Source of the DNA: a virus
Lineage: Duplodnaviria; Heunggongvirae; Uroviricota; Caudoviricetes
DNA length: 64,000 nucleotides
Strand: one strand, 5' to 3'
IMG/VR virus record: IMGVR_UViG_3300037312_000757
Translations under genes and position numbers: made by a program
Notes under the pieces: generated by a model
What the model saw: only the letters and a program-made list of their open reading frames with translations
The model's database searches: none
Told to the model about the DNA's origin: nothing
Shown here: positions 36,321 through 45,101 of the stretch, piece by piece
Layout of the letters: each line of letters begins with the position of its first letter
Numbering within the stretch: the first letter of the stretch is position 1

Positions 36321-36899
36321 TTAGGAGATGAAATCAGGTAGTTGTTTGGAGTCGTCAGGGCACATGAGCTTCATTACCTGCATTTGATCCCACGAGTTAG
36401 CGAGTTGCGGCCAGTCTTTCTCGAGAACGAAGAACTGCATGAACACTTGCTCTTCGCCAGGATAGAATTCATGCACACTGCGCGACGCGGCCTGCACCCT
36501 GAAGCCTGTGCCCTTGAAGTAGGTGCTGGGTTCAAACCAATACGTCTTCTTCAATGTTTTTTCTTTCTCACCGTGCCATCGACGATGGTATGAATTCCGC
36601 GTTTTGAGGTCGTCGTGCCGAAGAATAAAGTTGGTGTTACACAGCCAGCCTTTGTAAGCTTCGCCGTTGAAGCGATATTGGCCGTGACTATAGCTGATTT
36701 TTATATGCGTGTCATCATCACGCCATGCACCTAGAGTAATGATGGGGCAACGTTCGGGGTCGAAGTCGCCCTGCTGGTCGGGGGAGTTGCGCCACGCGTT
36801 CAAGCAATAGTCGGACCAGTTTGCCATGACAAACCTACCGAGCTCGTCCATCGACTCGATGCGTGCTTGCGCCTTTTCGAATACTGTCTTCTTCGACAT
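36321..36899 (-). CDS. Hypothetical protein
   Basis: SD GGGAG. Confidence 0.7.
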   Translation of the reverse strand: MSKKTVFEKAQARIESMDELGRFVMANWSDYCLNAWRNSPDQQGDFDPERCPIITLGAWRDDDTHIKISYSHGQYRFNGEAYKGWLCNTNFILRHDDLKTRNSYHRRWHGEKEKTLKKTYWFEPSTYFKGTGFRVQAASRSVHEFYPGEEQVFMQFFVLEKDWPQLANSWDQMQVMKLMCPDDSKQLPDFIS

Positions 36900-36959
36900 A
36901 ACTCCCTCAAGGATTCTAAGTTATGCCAATTCTAACGCCGTTTGGCTAGTTTTGCAAGC

Positions 36960-38042
36960 TCAAGTGAACTTACCACCCAAGTCGAGTGGTGTTGATGCGA
37001 CCAACGGTTGGTTGTAGGTCTGGAACAGTTTCACCCAGTTGACAAATTCGGTGAGCTGCATCTTACGTGATGCATCCGTCACGAAATGCGGCTGGTAGAG
37101 GCCTAGGGCTTTCATCTTCTCGGTGCAAGCGTAGGTATCGATCATGTCACCAGTAAGTGCTTCTGACATCATCACGTTGGCTTTCTTGCCAATGATGCTT
37201 TCCAGTTCATTCAAGAACTGTTGCGTCGAAATGGGGTTGCCGGAACCGATGTTAATCACCTGAGACATAGGCTCAGAGCTGAGGTTCAATGAGCCACTAA
37301 ACCTAAGACGCGCCAACAGCTTTTCGACTGCAAACGTGACAGTTGATATGTGCGTAAAGTCGCGCGTGTTCTGTCCGAAATTGTAAAGCTGAATCGGCTC
37401 ATCGTTCAAGATCGAGTTTACGAACTTGTAAGGGGCCATATCCAAACGTCCATAGTCGCCAAACACAGTGAAAAATCGAAGCCCGATTGTTCGCATTGGA
37501 TAATTGGCCGAATATGAGTGTGCAACCAGCTCATTCGACCGTTTGGATGCGGCGTAAAAGTTCAGCGGTTTATTGACGTCAGCATCTTCCTTCATCGGAA
37601 GCGAAGCATCAGCGCCGTAAACACTGCTTGAAGATGCGTAGATGAATTCACGAACATTGCTACGGGCCGCAAACTCAATAACGTTGGAGAATGCCAACAT
37701 GTTTGATGTGGCATATTTGTGAGGACGAGTGATTGACGGTTGAACTCCTGTTGCAGCAGCAAGATGAATCACTGCATCAAAGTTCTCATAAGAGAACAAA
37801 CGTTCAACGTCTGCATGATTAGACAGATCACAGTTGTCATAACGCAGAGCAGGATTAGGTGTGCGATATGTGGCCAGCCGTTTGACACGCATTGACTTCA
37901 GCATGTCAAGTTGATTGGTGGTGTAGATATCACCCAAGTAGTCGCATGCGACTACGTTGTAATAGGTCGACAGACGTAGTGCAATGTGATGGCCAATAAA
38001 ACCAGCCGCGCCAGTAACGAGTATTTTTCTAATCATAAGCAT
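36960..38042 (-). CDS. NAD-dependent epimerase (UDP-glucuronate 4-epimerase-like)
   Basis: GAAGFIG, HLAA, SSSSVYG, YAASK, LRFFTVFG..GR.DMA, RDFTHI. Confidence 0.9.
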   Translation of the reverse strand: MLMIRKILVTGAAGFIGHHIALRLSTYYNVVACDYLGDIYTTNQLDMLKSMRVKRLATYRTPNPALRYDNCDLSNHADVERLFSYENFDAVIHLAAATGVQPSITRPHKYATSNMLAFSNVIEFAARSNVREFIYASSSSVYGADASLPMKEDADVNKPLNFYAASKRSNELVAHSYSANYPMRTIGLRFFTVFGDYGRLDMAPYKFVNSILNDEPIQLYNFGQNTRDFTHISTVTFAVEKLLARLRFSGSLNLSSEPMSQVINIGSGNPISTQQFLNELESIIGKKANVMMSEALTGDMIDTYACTEKMKALGLYQPHFVTDASRKMQLTEFVNWVKLFQTYNQPLVASTPLDLGGKFT

Positions 38043-38072
38043 ACTATACGGCAGTATGCTTGTTACTGCAAT

Positions 38073-38624
38073 TTAAAGGGTCGCTAGAGGGTCACTTAGA
38101 ACGATATGCCCGTCAGCACGCTTCATAATGTTGTCAGGATGCACATCAAACTTATGCGTGCCCTTGTTTATGCCGATAAGCTTCAGAGCAGCAACTAATT
38201 CTGGGTTTTCAGCAACCAAACTTCTTGCAAGCTTCTTGATCTGATCAGGTGTATAGCGACTCAAGTAGGTGTCACGTCCATTGATCCACTTGCAGCAGAT
38301 TGTCATCCAGGCTACAATTTGTTTGTACAACTTAGTTTTGTGGAATGACTCTGGGATGTCTTTCAATCGTTCGACTTCTGCAACATAGAAGCCGTCATGC
38401 ACTGTGAGAGTCTTGATATGAGGGATGTACGGGTTGGAGACGCCTTCGCACGCTTTAGCGTATGTCAGCCAACCATCGCTGGCTGCACCGATCTTAATGA
38501 CGTCGCCTTGTTCTTTTGCGAGCACAATTGCAGCAGCACCGCGTCCGATGATTGAATAACCATCTTGCTGTAGCTGTTGAACGGTCGCTTTCACGCTGGG
38601 TTGGGAGAGGTCGCAGGCTTTCAT
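38073..38624 (-). CDS. Protein kinase, T7 gp0.7-like
   Basis: IGRG.AA.V...VIKIG...DGW..Y...NP.IP.I...DVHPDNIM...LSDP; ATAAATA at 38631-38637. Confidence 0.65.
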   Translation of the reverse strand: MKACDLSQPSVKATVQQLQQDGYSIIGRGAAAIVLAKEQGDVIKIGAASDGWLTYAKACEGVSNPYIPHIKTLTVHDGFYVAEVERLKDIPESFHKTKLYKQIVAWMTICCKWINGRDTYLSRYTPDQIKKLARSLVAENPELVAALKLIGINKGTHKFDVHPDNIMKRADGHIVLSDPLATL

Positions 38625-38650
38625 AAACCATATTTATGAAAGCCAAGTGA

Positions 38651-39013
38651 TTACGATCGTTCGTCGATTGCTTCGGAAAGCTTGAAATGAATCTCGATCA
38701 TACCACCATAAGTGTTGACAAAATAGTCTTCACTTAGGTGTGTGGTGAACAATCCTTTGAGCTTGTTGAGCGACCAACCAAGTGGTTCATCGTCAAGAAC
38801 AACAACCGCAGCGCGTTCCGGGTATTCATTGTATTCGACTTTGGTTGGTGTCAGTCCAACGTGGGTAAATGCGGCCAGGATATTCTTCTTGGCTGCATTT
38901 TCGCGTGCTTCTTCTTTGTCAAACTCATCAATCTGAGCATCCAGATCAGCATCAACAGTTGCGTCTTCTGTGACACCGGCGAGTTTGCGTAGCCGACTTA
39001 GTGAATGTGGCAT
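38651..39013 (-). CDS. Hypothetical protein, probable virion component
   Basis: N-terminal LSRLRKLAGVTED. Confidence 0.6.
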   Translation of the reverse strand: MPHSLSRLRKLAGVTEDATVDADLDAQIDEFDKEEARENAAKKNILAAFTHVGLTPTKVEYNEYPERAAVVVLDDEPLGWSLNKLKGLFTTHLSEDYFVNTYGGMIEIHFKLSEAIDERS

Positions 39014-39160
39014 GTTAATCTCCTTTTGGCATGCCATTTTACACTAATGAATATTCCCGCGCGAATAAAACCGTATCGCGTAACCATACTTGACGCTTTC
39101 AAAGATGATTAGTCAAGCAGCAATGCAAGCGTTACACCTACTTACATTTTAAAAGCGTGG

Positions 39161-39168
39161 TATAAATA
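39161..39168 (+). promoter_or_regulatory. T4-type late promoter
   Basis: TATAAATA; a second TAAATA at 39184. Confidence 0.7.
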
Positions 39169-39233
39169 CATCTTCTCCGCCACTAAATATTCATGAGGGC
39201 TTGGCTGTCCTCATTTGAATAGGAGAAAACAAC

Positions 39234-39503
39234 ATGGCAGACATCACAACAAACGTTCAAAACGTTGCTGATCAAGCTACAGCAGTAGTGGACCAGGCTG
39301 CAGACGCAGCTAAGACAGCAGTTGCAGAAGTTGCACAAGCTGTCACAAACACAGCACCAGCAGTTCAACAAGTCGTAACAGAAGTCAAGGCAGACGTTGC
39401 GCAAGTTGCAGCTGACGTGCAACCAGTAATTGAAACAGTTAAGGCTCAAGGCTTTTTCGCAAAGATCATTGCCAAGATCCTGTCACTGTTCAAGGTTCTG
39501 TAA
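39234..39503 (+). CDS. Ala/Val/Gln-rich 11-mer-repeat protein with C-terminal amphipathic helix
   Basis: SD AGGAG; terminator at about 39537-39556. Confidence 0.75.
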   Translation: MADITTNVQNVADQATAVVDQAADAAKTAVAEVAQAVTNTAPAVQQVVTEVKADVAQVAADVQPVIETVKAQGFFAKIIAKILSLFKVL

Positions 39504-39561
39504 TCACTGTTAAATCATTTAGACCCAAATGATGATTGGGGGCCAATTGGCCCCCATTCCT

Positions 39562-40056
39562 TTATGAGTAGACTGTTTGCAACAGCCAAATCATTTTGTT
39601 GTCAATGTCAGTTAGTCTGCGCATCAACTCATAATCTTCATACGCTTTATCGATAGCTTGTTTCAAGCTTTCAACTTGCGCACGTTCCATCCCTTCGCAT
39701 TTATTATCATATGCTTCACCTAGTTCAAACTGAAGCTTCAGCAATGTCTTTGCCAAACCAAAGAAGTATTCGTTGTCAATCCAAATACCAAAACCAGCTT
39801 TTCGAATAGTCTCAAGCTGTTCTTGATTGTCAATCAAGACAGTGATCCAATATTTTGATGCATTAAACCAGCTTTTGACTGGGCGATAACCAATCATTTT
39901 TGGAATAGCACGTTCAAGCAAGGCGAAGTTCTGTTCTTCTTCTGTCATTTGTCGAGGCCATGACATCGGTTGAACATTGACTATGCTCTGAGCTATAAGG
40001 TTTGGAACCACCTTACGAATCATCGGTAGCATAACCTTCATGTTATCCTGGCTCAT
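39562..40056 (-). CDS. Protein with N-terminal gp23 Gol-peptide-like segment
   Basis: VMLPMIRKVVPNLIAQSIVNVQPMSWP. Confidence 0.65.
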   Translation of the reverse strand: MSQDNMKVMLPMIRKVVPNLIAQSIVNVQPMSWPRQMTEEEQNFALLERAIPKMIGYRPVKSWFNASKYWITVLIDNQEQLETIRKAGFGIWIDNEYFFGLAKTLLKLQFELGEAYDNKCEGMERAQVESLKQAIDKAYEDYELMRRLTDIDNKMIWLLQTVYS

Positions 40057-40391
40057 GAGCCACTCCGACGAATTGCTTCTTGGCGTTCTGTTTCATCCTC
40101 TGCATACGCATCAGCGAAAGCATGCATGAAACATTGCAGCTGATGCACGGACAAATACTGACGCATCGTGCGAACGAATTCTTCTGACATCTTTTGATCG
40201 AGAGCGATGTCATCAAGCTCTTCGACTTTACTCAACCATGCACCAAATTCCGCCATATCGGTGTCGCCATGGTCGACGTGTAGTGTGAAACGTGTCTGGT
40301 GGTGCGGATACACATTGAGCGTATCCAGGGGGCGCCATGATGTGTTTGGAACTTGGAGTTCTTTTAGTTCTTTTCTTACCGAGTTATCCAT
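40053..40391 (-). CDS. Hypothetical protein
   Basis: ORF track; ATGA overlap. Confidence 0.65.
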   Translation of the reverse strand: MDNSVRKELKELQVPNTSWRPLDTLNVYPHHQTRFTLHVDHGDTDMAEFGAWLSKVEELDDIALDQKMSEEFVRTMRQYLSVHQLQCFMHAFADAYAEDETERQEAIRRSGS

Positions 40392-40727
40392 CGAGTTCTC
40401 TTTAGAATGATTGCCCTGTTGTCAGTGGCAACCAGTCTTCGGATCATCTCGTATTGCTCGAATTTCTCTTCCCGGATTGCCATCAGCTTTTTCATTGTAC
40501 GTCTACTAGCCATGAAAAACAATTTATACCAAGGCTTGTCGACTGTTTCTTTGCGAATAGCCAAATCCGAATCAAGCGCTTCTTTCATTGCTTCACGCAA
40601 TGTTTCGCTCTCTTCGAGAATCTTGAATTCGGGTCTGCATCCGAATGAGGATCTGAAAAACTCTACTGCGGATGAACCAGGCCCTTCAGTTTCAAGGGCC
40701 GTGATATACATCCGCAGCGAGGCATTA
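40376..40727 (-). CDS. Hypothetical protein; C-terminus resembles 39562..40056
   Basis: FEQYEMIRRLVATDNRAIIL vs YEDYELMRRLTDIDNKMIWL; start approximate. Confidence 0.5.
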
Positions 40728-41390
40728 TCAGACAGGATCGGTACCTTCGCCACCTTGCTTGTCGTCCTTGCTTTCTTCTTTTTGTTCGTCGCTTGCTTCG
40801 TACTTGCGTGCCAGCACGTTGTCGATGTTGACTGTGCCGTCTGCATTGTGCGTCACACGAATGTCGGTCACCGTGGCAACGTCATCCACGATTTCTTTGG
40901 GCTTGCGAGCCGAGAAGCTGCCGTCACCGGTGATCTGACCGTCCTTCTTCAGTTGGTCGATCATGTCCTTCATCTTCTTGTCAGCTTCCTTTTGCTCATC
41001 CGTACGGCGGTCCCAACGATCGTTGCCTTCCGTGAGGTTTTCGAGCTCTTCGATCGTGCGCGTCTCGCTCACGTCGTAGTAGTCAGGTGCGTCGAAGTCG
41101 ACCATCGCATCATGGCGGTCCCACGCAGCTTGGGGTAGGAGGATCGTGATGCCGTGTTTGGCGATGAATGCGTCACGTTGGGCCACGTCTTTGTGCGTGA
41201 ACACGTAGATATCATGTCGGACCCGTTCGAATTCTGCTGTGAACTTGTCCATGAATTCCGTTTCGCGGCGGTCGATGAACGTGTCGTCATCTGCAGCCAA
41301 ACCTTCGTACCACTTGATGAGGAGAGGGGTGTTGCCGTGGCTGGCCGTCACAACGGTCATATCTGAACCGCTGAGGTATCCGTAAAGCAT
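40728..41390 (-). CDS. Acidic hypothetical protein
   Basis: SD AGGAG. Confidence 0.7.
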   Translation of the reverse strand: MLYGYLSGSDMTVVTASHGNTPLLIKWYEGLAADDDTFIDRRETEFMDKFTAEFERVRHDIYVFTHKDVAQRDAFIAKHGITILLPQAAWDRHDAMVDFDAPDYYDVSETRTIEELENLTEGNDRWDRRTDEQKEADKKMKDMIDQLKKDGQITGDGSFSARKPKEIVDDVATVTDIRVTHNADGTVNIDNVLARKYEASDEQKEESKDDKQGGEGTDPV

Positions 41391-41432
41391 TGATTGCTCC
41401 TGTGTTGACTAGTTTGCCTATTATAGTTTGGC

Positions 41433-41861
41433 TTACGAATTAGTCAACAGCACATAGCAGCCATTTTGCCCATTAAAGAAGTTTTGTATGTTGAGGTGGT
41501 ATGTACCAGGTGAAACCTTCAGGCTGTAAACTGGCACCTCAGGATCAGTACCCACGGCGTCACCAGTGTGAAGGCATATTTGGTAGAGTTTGTAACGACG
41601 GGCAGCCCAGCTTGAAATCATGTCGTTGTTCCAGACAAGACTTTCACCGTATGGAGTGATGCTGAACCAACATCTGAGCGACCAATCTTGTACGCGGGCG
41701 GTATGAATCACATTCACCATGATGTAGCTGTTCTCAGCTAAGGTGAATGGAATAGCAGCAACACGCATGGCTTCGATATTCAGATAGCCATCATCTTCTG
41801 GGTTTATGATGTCCCAGATCTGTTCAGGTTTTGTTGGATCGAAGTTAACGTCTTGTGTCAT
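41433..41861 (-). CDS. Late hypothetical protein
   Basis: ATAAATA at 41887-41893; ATG at 41861. Confidence 0.65.
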   Translation of the reverse strand: MTQDVNFDPTKPEQIWDIINPEDDGYLNIEAMRVAAIPFTLAENSYIMVNVIHTARVQDWSLRCWFSITPYGESLVWNNDMISSWAARRYKLYQICLHTGDAVGTDPEVPVYSLKVSPGTYHLNIQNFFNGQNGCYVLLTNS

Positions 41862-41920
41862 AGTTGAAATGGTGAAAGCCCGCACATATTTATGCGGGCT
41901 TTCAGTTACTGCTGGGGAGC

Positions 41921-42595
41921 TTACTCCCGAGGTTTCATGAAAGTGTGTCCACCTATTACAGCGATACGTTTAAACCTATTTGCCCAGGATGGATGAACCG
42001 TCCTTTGCGCATAGAAATTCAAAGCGCCTGGTACAACTGGATCAACTAGATTCTTCTGCACAATGTAAGCAGCGAGAACGCTGTCATACCACTGTTTGTA
42101 GATTTCTGGTCTAATATCACCGTTGCTATCACGCAATGGAATTTTACCAAGGTTTTGACAAACCCAACTAAACTGACATATGCCTGATGTCTTTTGACGG
42201 ACGATAGCGCATAATGTACCGGCATACTTGCCGCTGTCTAACCTATTTTTCACAACTTCTGTTACTGCCACTTTGTTCTGCAAACTTTCCGCTCGCGCTT
42301 CAAAGAATGCATTTTGTGCCAGACAGTACATTGTAGGGTCCGTTTCCTTCAAGTTCAAAACATAAGTTTCACTTAGGGACACGGTTGCCCGAACGTTGTC
42401 GACTTGCTGTTGCGGAGTCAGTGACGCTTGTGGTTGCAACGTCTCCTGCTGAACTGGCGATGACACTGGTGGTATCATTGCTAGTTCAGCTTTCGAGTTA
42501 TTAGGTCCAGCTTCAACATTAGGAGCCACAATAACTGCAACGGCCAAGAACGACAACATTGATAAGAAATGCTTCAACTTAATCAATGCTCTCAC
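41921..42595 (-). CDS. SleB-like cell wall hydrolase (Hydrolase_2) with N-terminal hydrophobic segment
   Basis: CLAQNAFFEARAE, AV.EVV.NR, CQFSW, GALNFYA, IGGH.F; TATAAATA at 42654-42661. Confidence 0.88.
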   Translation of the reverse strand: MRALIKLKHFLSMLSFLAVAVIVAPNVEAGPNNSKAELAMIPPVSSPVQQETLQPQASLTPQQQVDNVRATVSLSETYVLNLKETDPTMYCLAQNAFFEARAESLQNKVAVTEVVKNRLDSGKYAGTLCAIVRQKTSGICQFSWVCQNLGKIPLRDSNGDIRPEIYKQWYDSVLAAYIVQKNLVDPVVPGALNFYAQRTVHPSWANRFKRIAVIGGHTFMKPRE

Positions 42596-42737
42596 CTCTC
42601 TTCCGAAAAAGATAACGGGTCTGACACCGAAGTGATGGCAGACCCGATACATTTATTTATAGGATGTCACTGATGAGTAAAACCACCTTATAAGTGGATC
42701 ACTCGATAGGTCAATCCCTATATCGTCAGCGAAGGAC

Positions 42738-43142
42738 TTAAAGCATTAATGCAAAACCATGTCGCTCAGCAATGGCGTCCAATTCACTGGTCCATCTTTC
42801 AATGGGAATCACGTCATGAACGTCTTGCAGTTCAACTAGTAAGTTGACCACTGATTCATCATCGACATTCACGCCAGATTGTATAAGCGCATCAGCGAGA
42901 CATTGTTCGCTTGAACGCTTGATGTGACCTCGGGAACGAGGAAATAACAAACACACTCCCGTTCCTTCAATCTGTTGCTGATAGTGCTCTTCGGCGATCA
43001 AGCAACCAATTGCACATTTGTGGCCCCAAGGGCCGTAAAACAGAGGACGATCGTTGTCATCAGTTGAACGCCAATTTTGGGTCAATAGATGATTACGAAC
43101 CTTTTGGTAAATTTCTTGCTTCGACAACACGTAAGACCTCAA
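42738..43142 (-). CDS. Hypothetical protein (tandem paralog 1)
   Basis: LSKQEIYQKV..HLLTQ...CAIGCLI...LQDVHD. Confidence 0.7.
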   Translation of the reverse strand: MRSYVLSKQEIYQKVRNHLLTQNWRSTDDNDRPLFYGPWGHKCAIGCLIAEEHYQQQIEGTGVCLLFPRSRGHIKRSSEQCLADALIQSGVNVDDESVVNLLVELQDVHDVIPIERWTSELDAIAERHGFALML

Positions 43143-43558
43143 TACAGAGTGATAACGTCTGTATTTAAGCCATACTCACGTGCGATTGAAGTGAATCGTT
43201 CCTTCCATTCCCACTGACCGAAAATGTCATGAACGTTCTGCAGCTTGCTGAGGAAGCTGGGGATTTCCGGGTCGTCAATATTAACACAAGCGGCACGAAG
43301 TGCGCTCTCCAACGCCGCGATACCGATGTCCATCGACTGTGGAATGCCCTGCTTGTCTGTGCGACAAATGTATCGCACTGGGATTCCTTCCATGCGTGTG
43401 GTGTAGTATTCGTCACCGACCAAATTACCGATCGGACAACATCCACCACCATGACCACGATATGCACCGCCACCGCCCTTGAGAAGACCTGCCTTCGCTT
43501 GGGTGAACAGGTGATGTACTGCTTTGTCAAACAATTCTTGCTTCGTCAGGTACTTCAT
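43139..43558 (-). CDS. Hypothetical protein (tandem paralog 2)
   Basis: LTKQELFDKA..HLFTQ...CPIGNLV...LQNVHD. Confidence 0.7.
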   Translation of the reverse strand: MKYLTKQELFDKAVHHLFTQAKAGLLKGGGGAYRGHGGGCCPIGNLVGDEYYTTRMEGIPVRYICRTDKQGIPQSMDIGIAALESALRAACVNIDDPEIPSFLSKLQNVHDIFGQWEWKERFTSIAREYGLNTDVITLY

Positions 43559-43580
43559 TTACGGCCTCACTGCCAGAAAA

Positions 43581-43656
43581 TGGAGCGTCCACCAGGAATC
43601 GAACCTAGGATCCCAAGTTTAGAAGACTCGTATTCTTTCCATTGAACTATGGACGC
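43581..43656 (-). tRNA. tRNA-Arg(TCT) with encoded CCA
   Basis: GCGTCCA...anticodon loop CTTCTAA...GGTTCGATTCC...TGGACGC-T-CCA, 76 nt. Confidence 0.92.
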
Positions 43657-43718
43657 CTATGTCTGTGCATTACTGCACTGCCATTGCATTCTAGCAATAT
43701 GGCAACTGAAAGCAATTA

Positions 43719-43940
43719 TTATTTGCCAGTTATAGAACTGAGGATTGATCTGCGGCTATCTACTTTGCCGTTGGTGCGGAGGGTTGGTGGGATACCACCT
43801 TTGTCTACAACGTTGCCAAACTTCTTGGCTTGCTTTGGTGTCTCGTCAACACCCACGTCACAAGTGGTGTTAATGCCTGGCACAATAGTACCGAGTTCGT
43901 CAAGACGTGTGCGGAATGGTGCGAAGTCATTAATGTTCAT
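43719..43940 (-). CDS. Small late protein, probable virion component
   Basis: TATAAATA at 43946-43953; starts MNINDFAPFRTRLDE. Confidence 0.6.
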   Translation of the reverse strand: MNINDFAPFRTRLDELGTIVPGINTTCDVGVDETPKQAKKFGNVVDKGGIPPTLRTNGKVDSRRSILSSITGK

Positions 43941-44004
43941 GTTTCTATTTATAAGATGAACATCAATGGCTGGCACGATGCCAGGGAAGGCCCCTGGCAT
44001 CCGT

Positions 44005-44349
44005 CTAATTCAGCTTAGAACAGCTTATGGTAAGCTCCTGAGTGTGGCTCAGAGCCTGCGATGTAATGCGAACGGAGGACGCTTGGCAGCTCGCCAGAAA
44101 AGCCTGTGGGTCTTTTGGAGCTTCCGTGATTTTCACGTCATTTCGGATCAAATTCCATGCAGCGGCTATAAGCCCGCTATCCACGTTCACAGCAATCCAC
44201 ACAACGAAAAAGAAAGCCAGTAGCTGCGGCAATCCCATTCGCTTGAACAGGTCACGATCATCTATCGCCCATACTGTGCCGATAGTACCAGCAGAGATGA
44301 CTAGCGATACTCCAGTCGTACATGCAATAAACTCAATGAACGGTGTCAT
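44005..44349 (-). CDS. Membrane protein
   Basis: Two hydrophobic helices. Confidence 0.6.
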   Translation of the reverse strand: MTPFIEFIACTTGVSLVISAGTIGTVWAIDDRDLFKRMGLPQLLAFFFVVWIAVNVDSGLIAAAWNLIRNDVKITEAPKDPQAFLASCQASSVRITSQALSHTQELTISCSKLN

Positions 44350-44587
44350 GTGACTGTTTGCATGTGATGATGAACGTTTGCATGTCGTTCTGTTGAGTGA
44401 CTTGATACCGCATGGACGGGAAGTCGCAGTTACGCATGAACGCCGACGCAGAGTTGTTCACTGTTTGATAGTTATTCGCGCCAGCTTCACATCCGGTAAG
44501 CGACGTGATCAGCACAAGCAGGATCATGCAAACAAAGATAGGCATAAGCTGCTTGATCGTTGCTTTGAATGATGGATTGAGCGCCAT
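44333..44587 (-). CDS. Putative lipoprotein
   Basis: Lipobox LTGC. Confidence 0.55.
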   Translation of the reverse strand: MALNPSFKATIKQLMPIFVCMILLVLITSLTGCEAGANNYQTVNNSASAFMRNCDFPSMRYQVTQQNDMQTFIITCKQSHDTVH

Positions 44588-44588
44588 A

Positions 44589-44894
44589 TTAGTGAATAGT
44601 TGGAGGAGTATCGCTGTAGTAAAGCTCGTTCATCGCTTCGATGATCGCAGGGTCCGTGACTGTGACTGCTTTGTAATTGCCTTGCGCATCAACGCTCAAG
44701 AACACATCACCATTTTCACCTGCTTCTTCGAAGGCTTTGATGTATTCAGGGTCTTGCATTGCAGCCAGCACACGTTCTTTGATGAGTGCAATCTCGTCTT
44801 CGGTGTAACCACCGCGTGAGAGAATGTCTTCAATGTGTCCGTCTACGTCGAAAGACATGTCCGTCTCGTAATCGTTGTTATCGTCGTCAAACAT
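44589..44894 (-). CDS. Acidic hypothetical protein
   Basis: Promoter TTGCAT-17-TATAGT at 44923-44951. Confidence 0.65.
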   Translation of the reverse strand: MFDDDNNDYETDMSFDVDGHIEDILSRGGYTEDEIALIKERVLAAMQDPEYIKAFEEAGENGDVFLSVDAQGNYKAVTVTDPAIIEAMNELYYSDTPPTIH

Positions 44895-44972
44895 TAGGTG
44901 GTACCTTTAAAGTTGCATTATCACTATAACGATTGGCAACCTCGAATGCAACATGTATTTGCCACATATGGC

Positions 44973-45101
44973 AAAAGCACCATTGCGGTGCTTTGTTTTG
45001 GATCCTCAGCGCATTTCAAGCTGCGCTGAGGACACTCCATCCCATGCCAATGAACAGTGCTTGAAGTATTCAATAGCAATCGCGCCAGATCAGTAACGCG
45101 A
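44973..45101 (-). ncRNA. Candidate small RNA
   Basis: Promoter TTGTAA-17-TAACAT (45108-45136), three hairpins, terminal hairpin AAAGCAC/GTGCTTTT. Confidence 0.45.

Noticed and set aside
42666-42737. Hammerhead ribozyme (CTGATGAG on +, CTGACGA on -)
   Set aside because: No C-GAAA after stem II (GATA/GAGT instead), the 10.1-11.1 pair is mismatched, and there is no stem I next to the GTC. Kept only as a generic structured element.
43400-43720. Additional tRNAs near tRNA-Arg or elsewhere
   Set aside because: No other T-loop (GTTCGA/GTTCAA) with a compatible acceptor stem was found by eye; tRNAscan-SE would be decisive.
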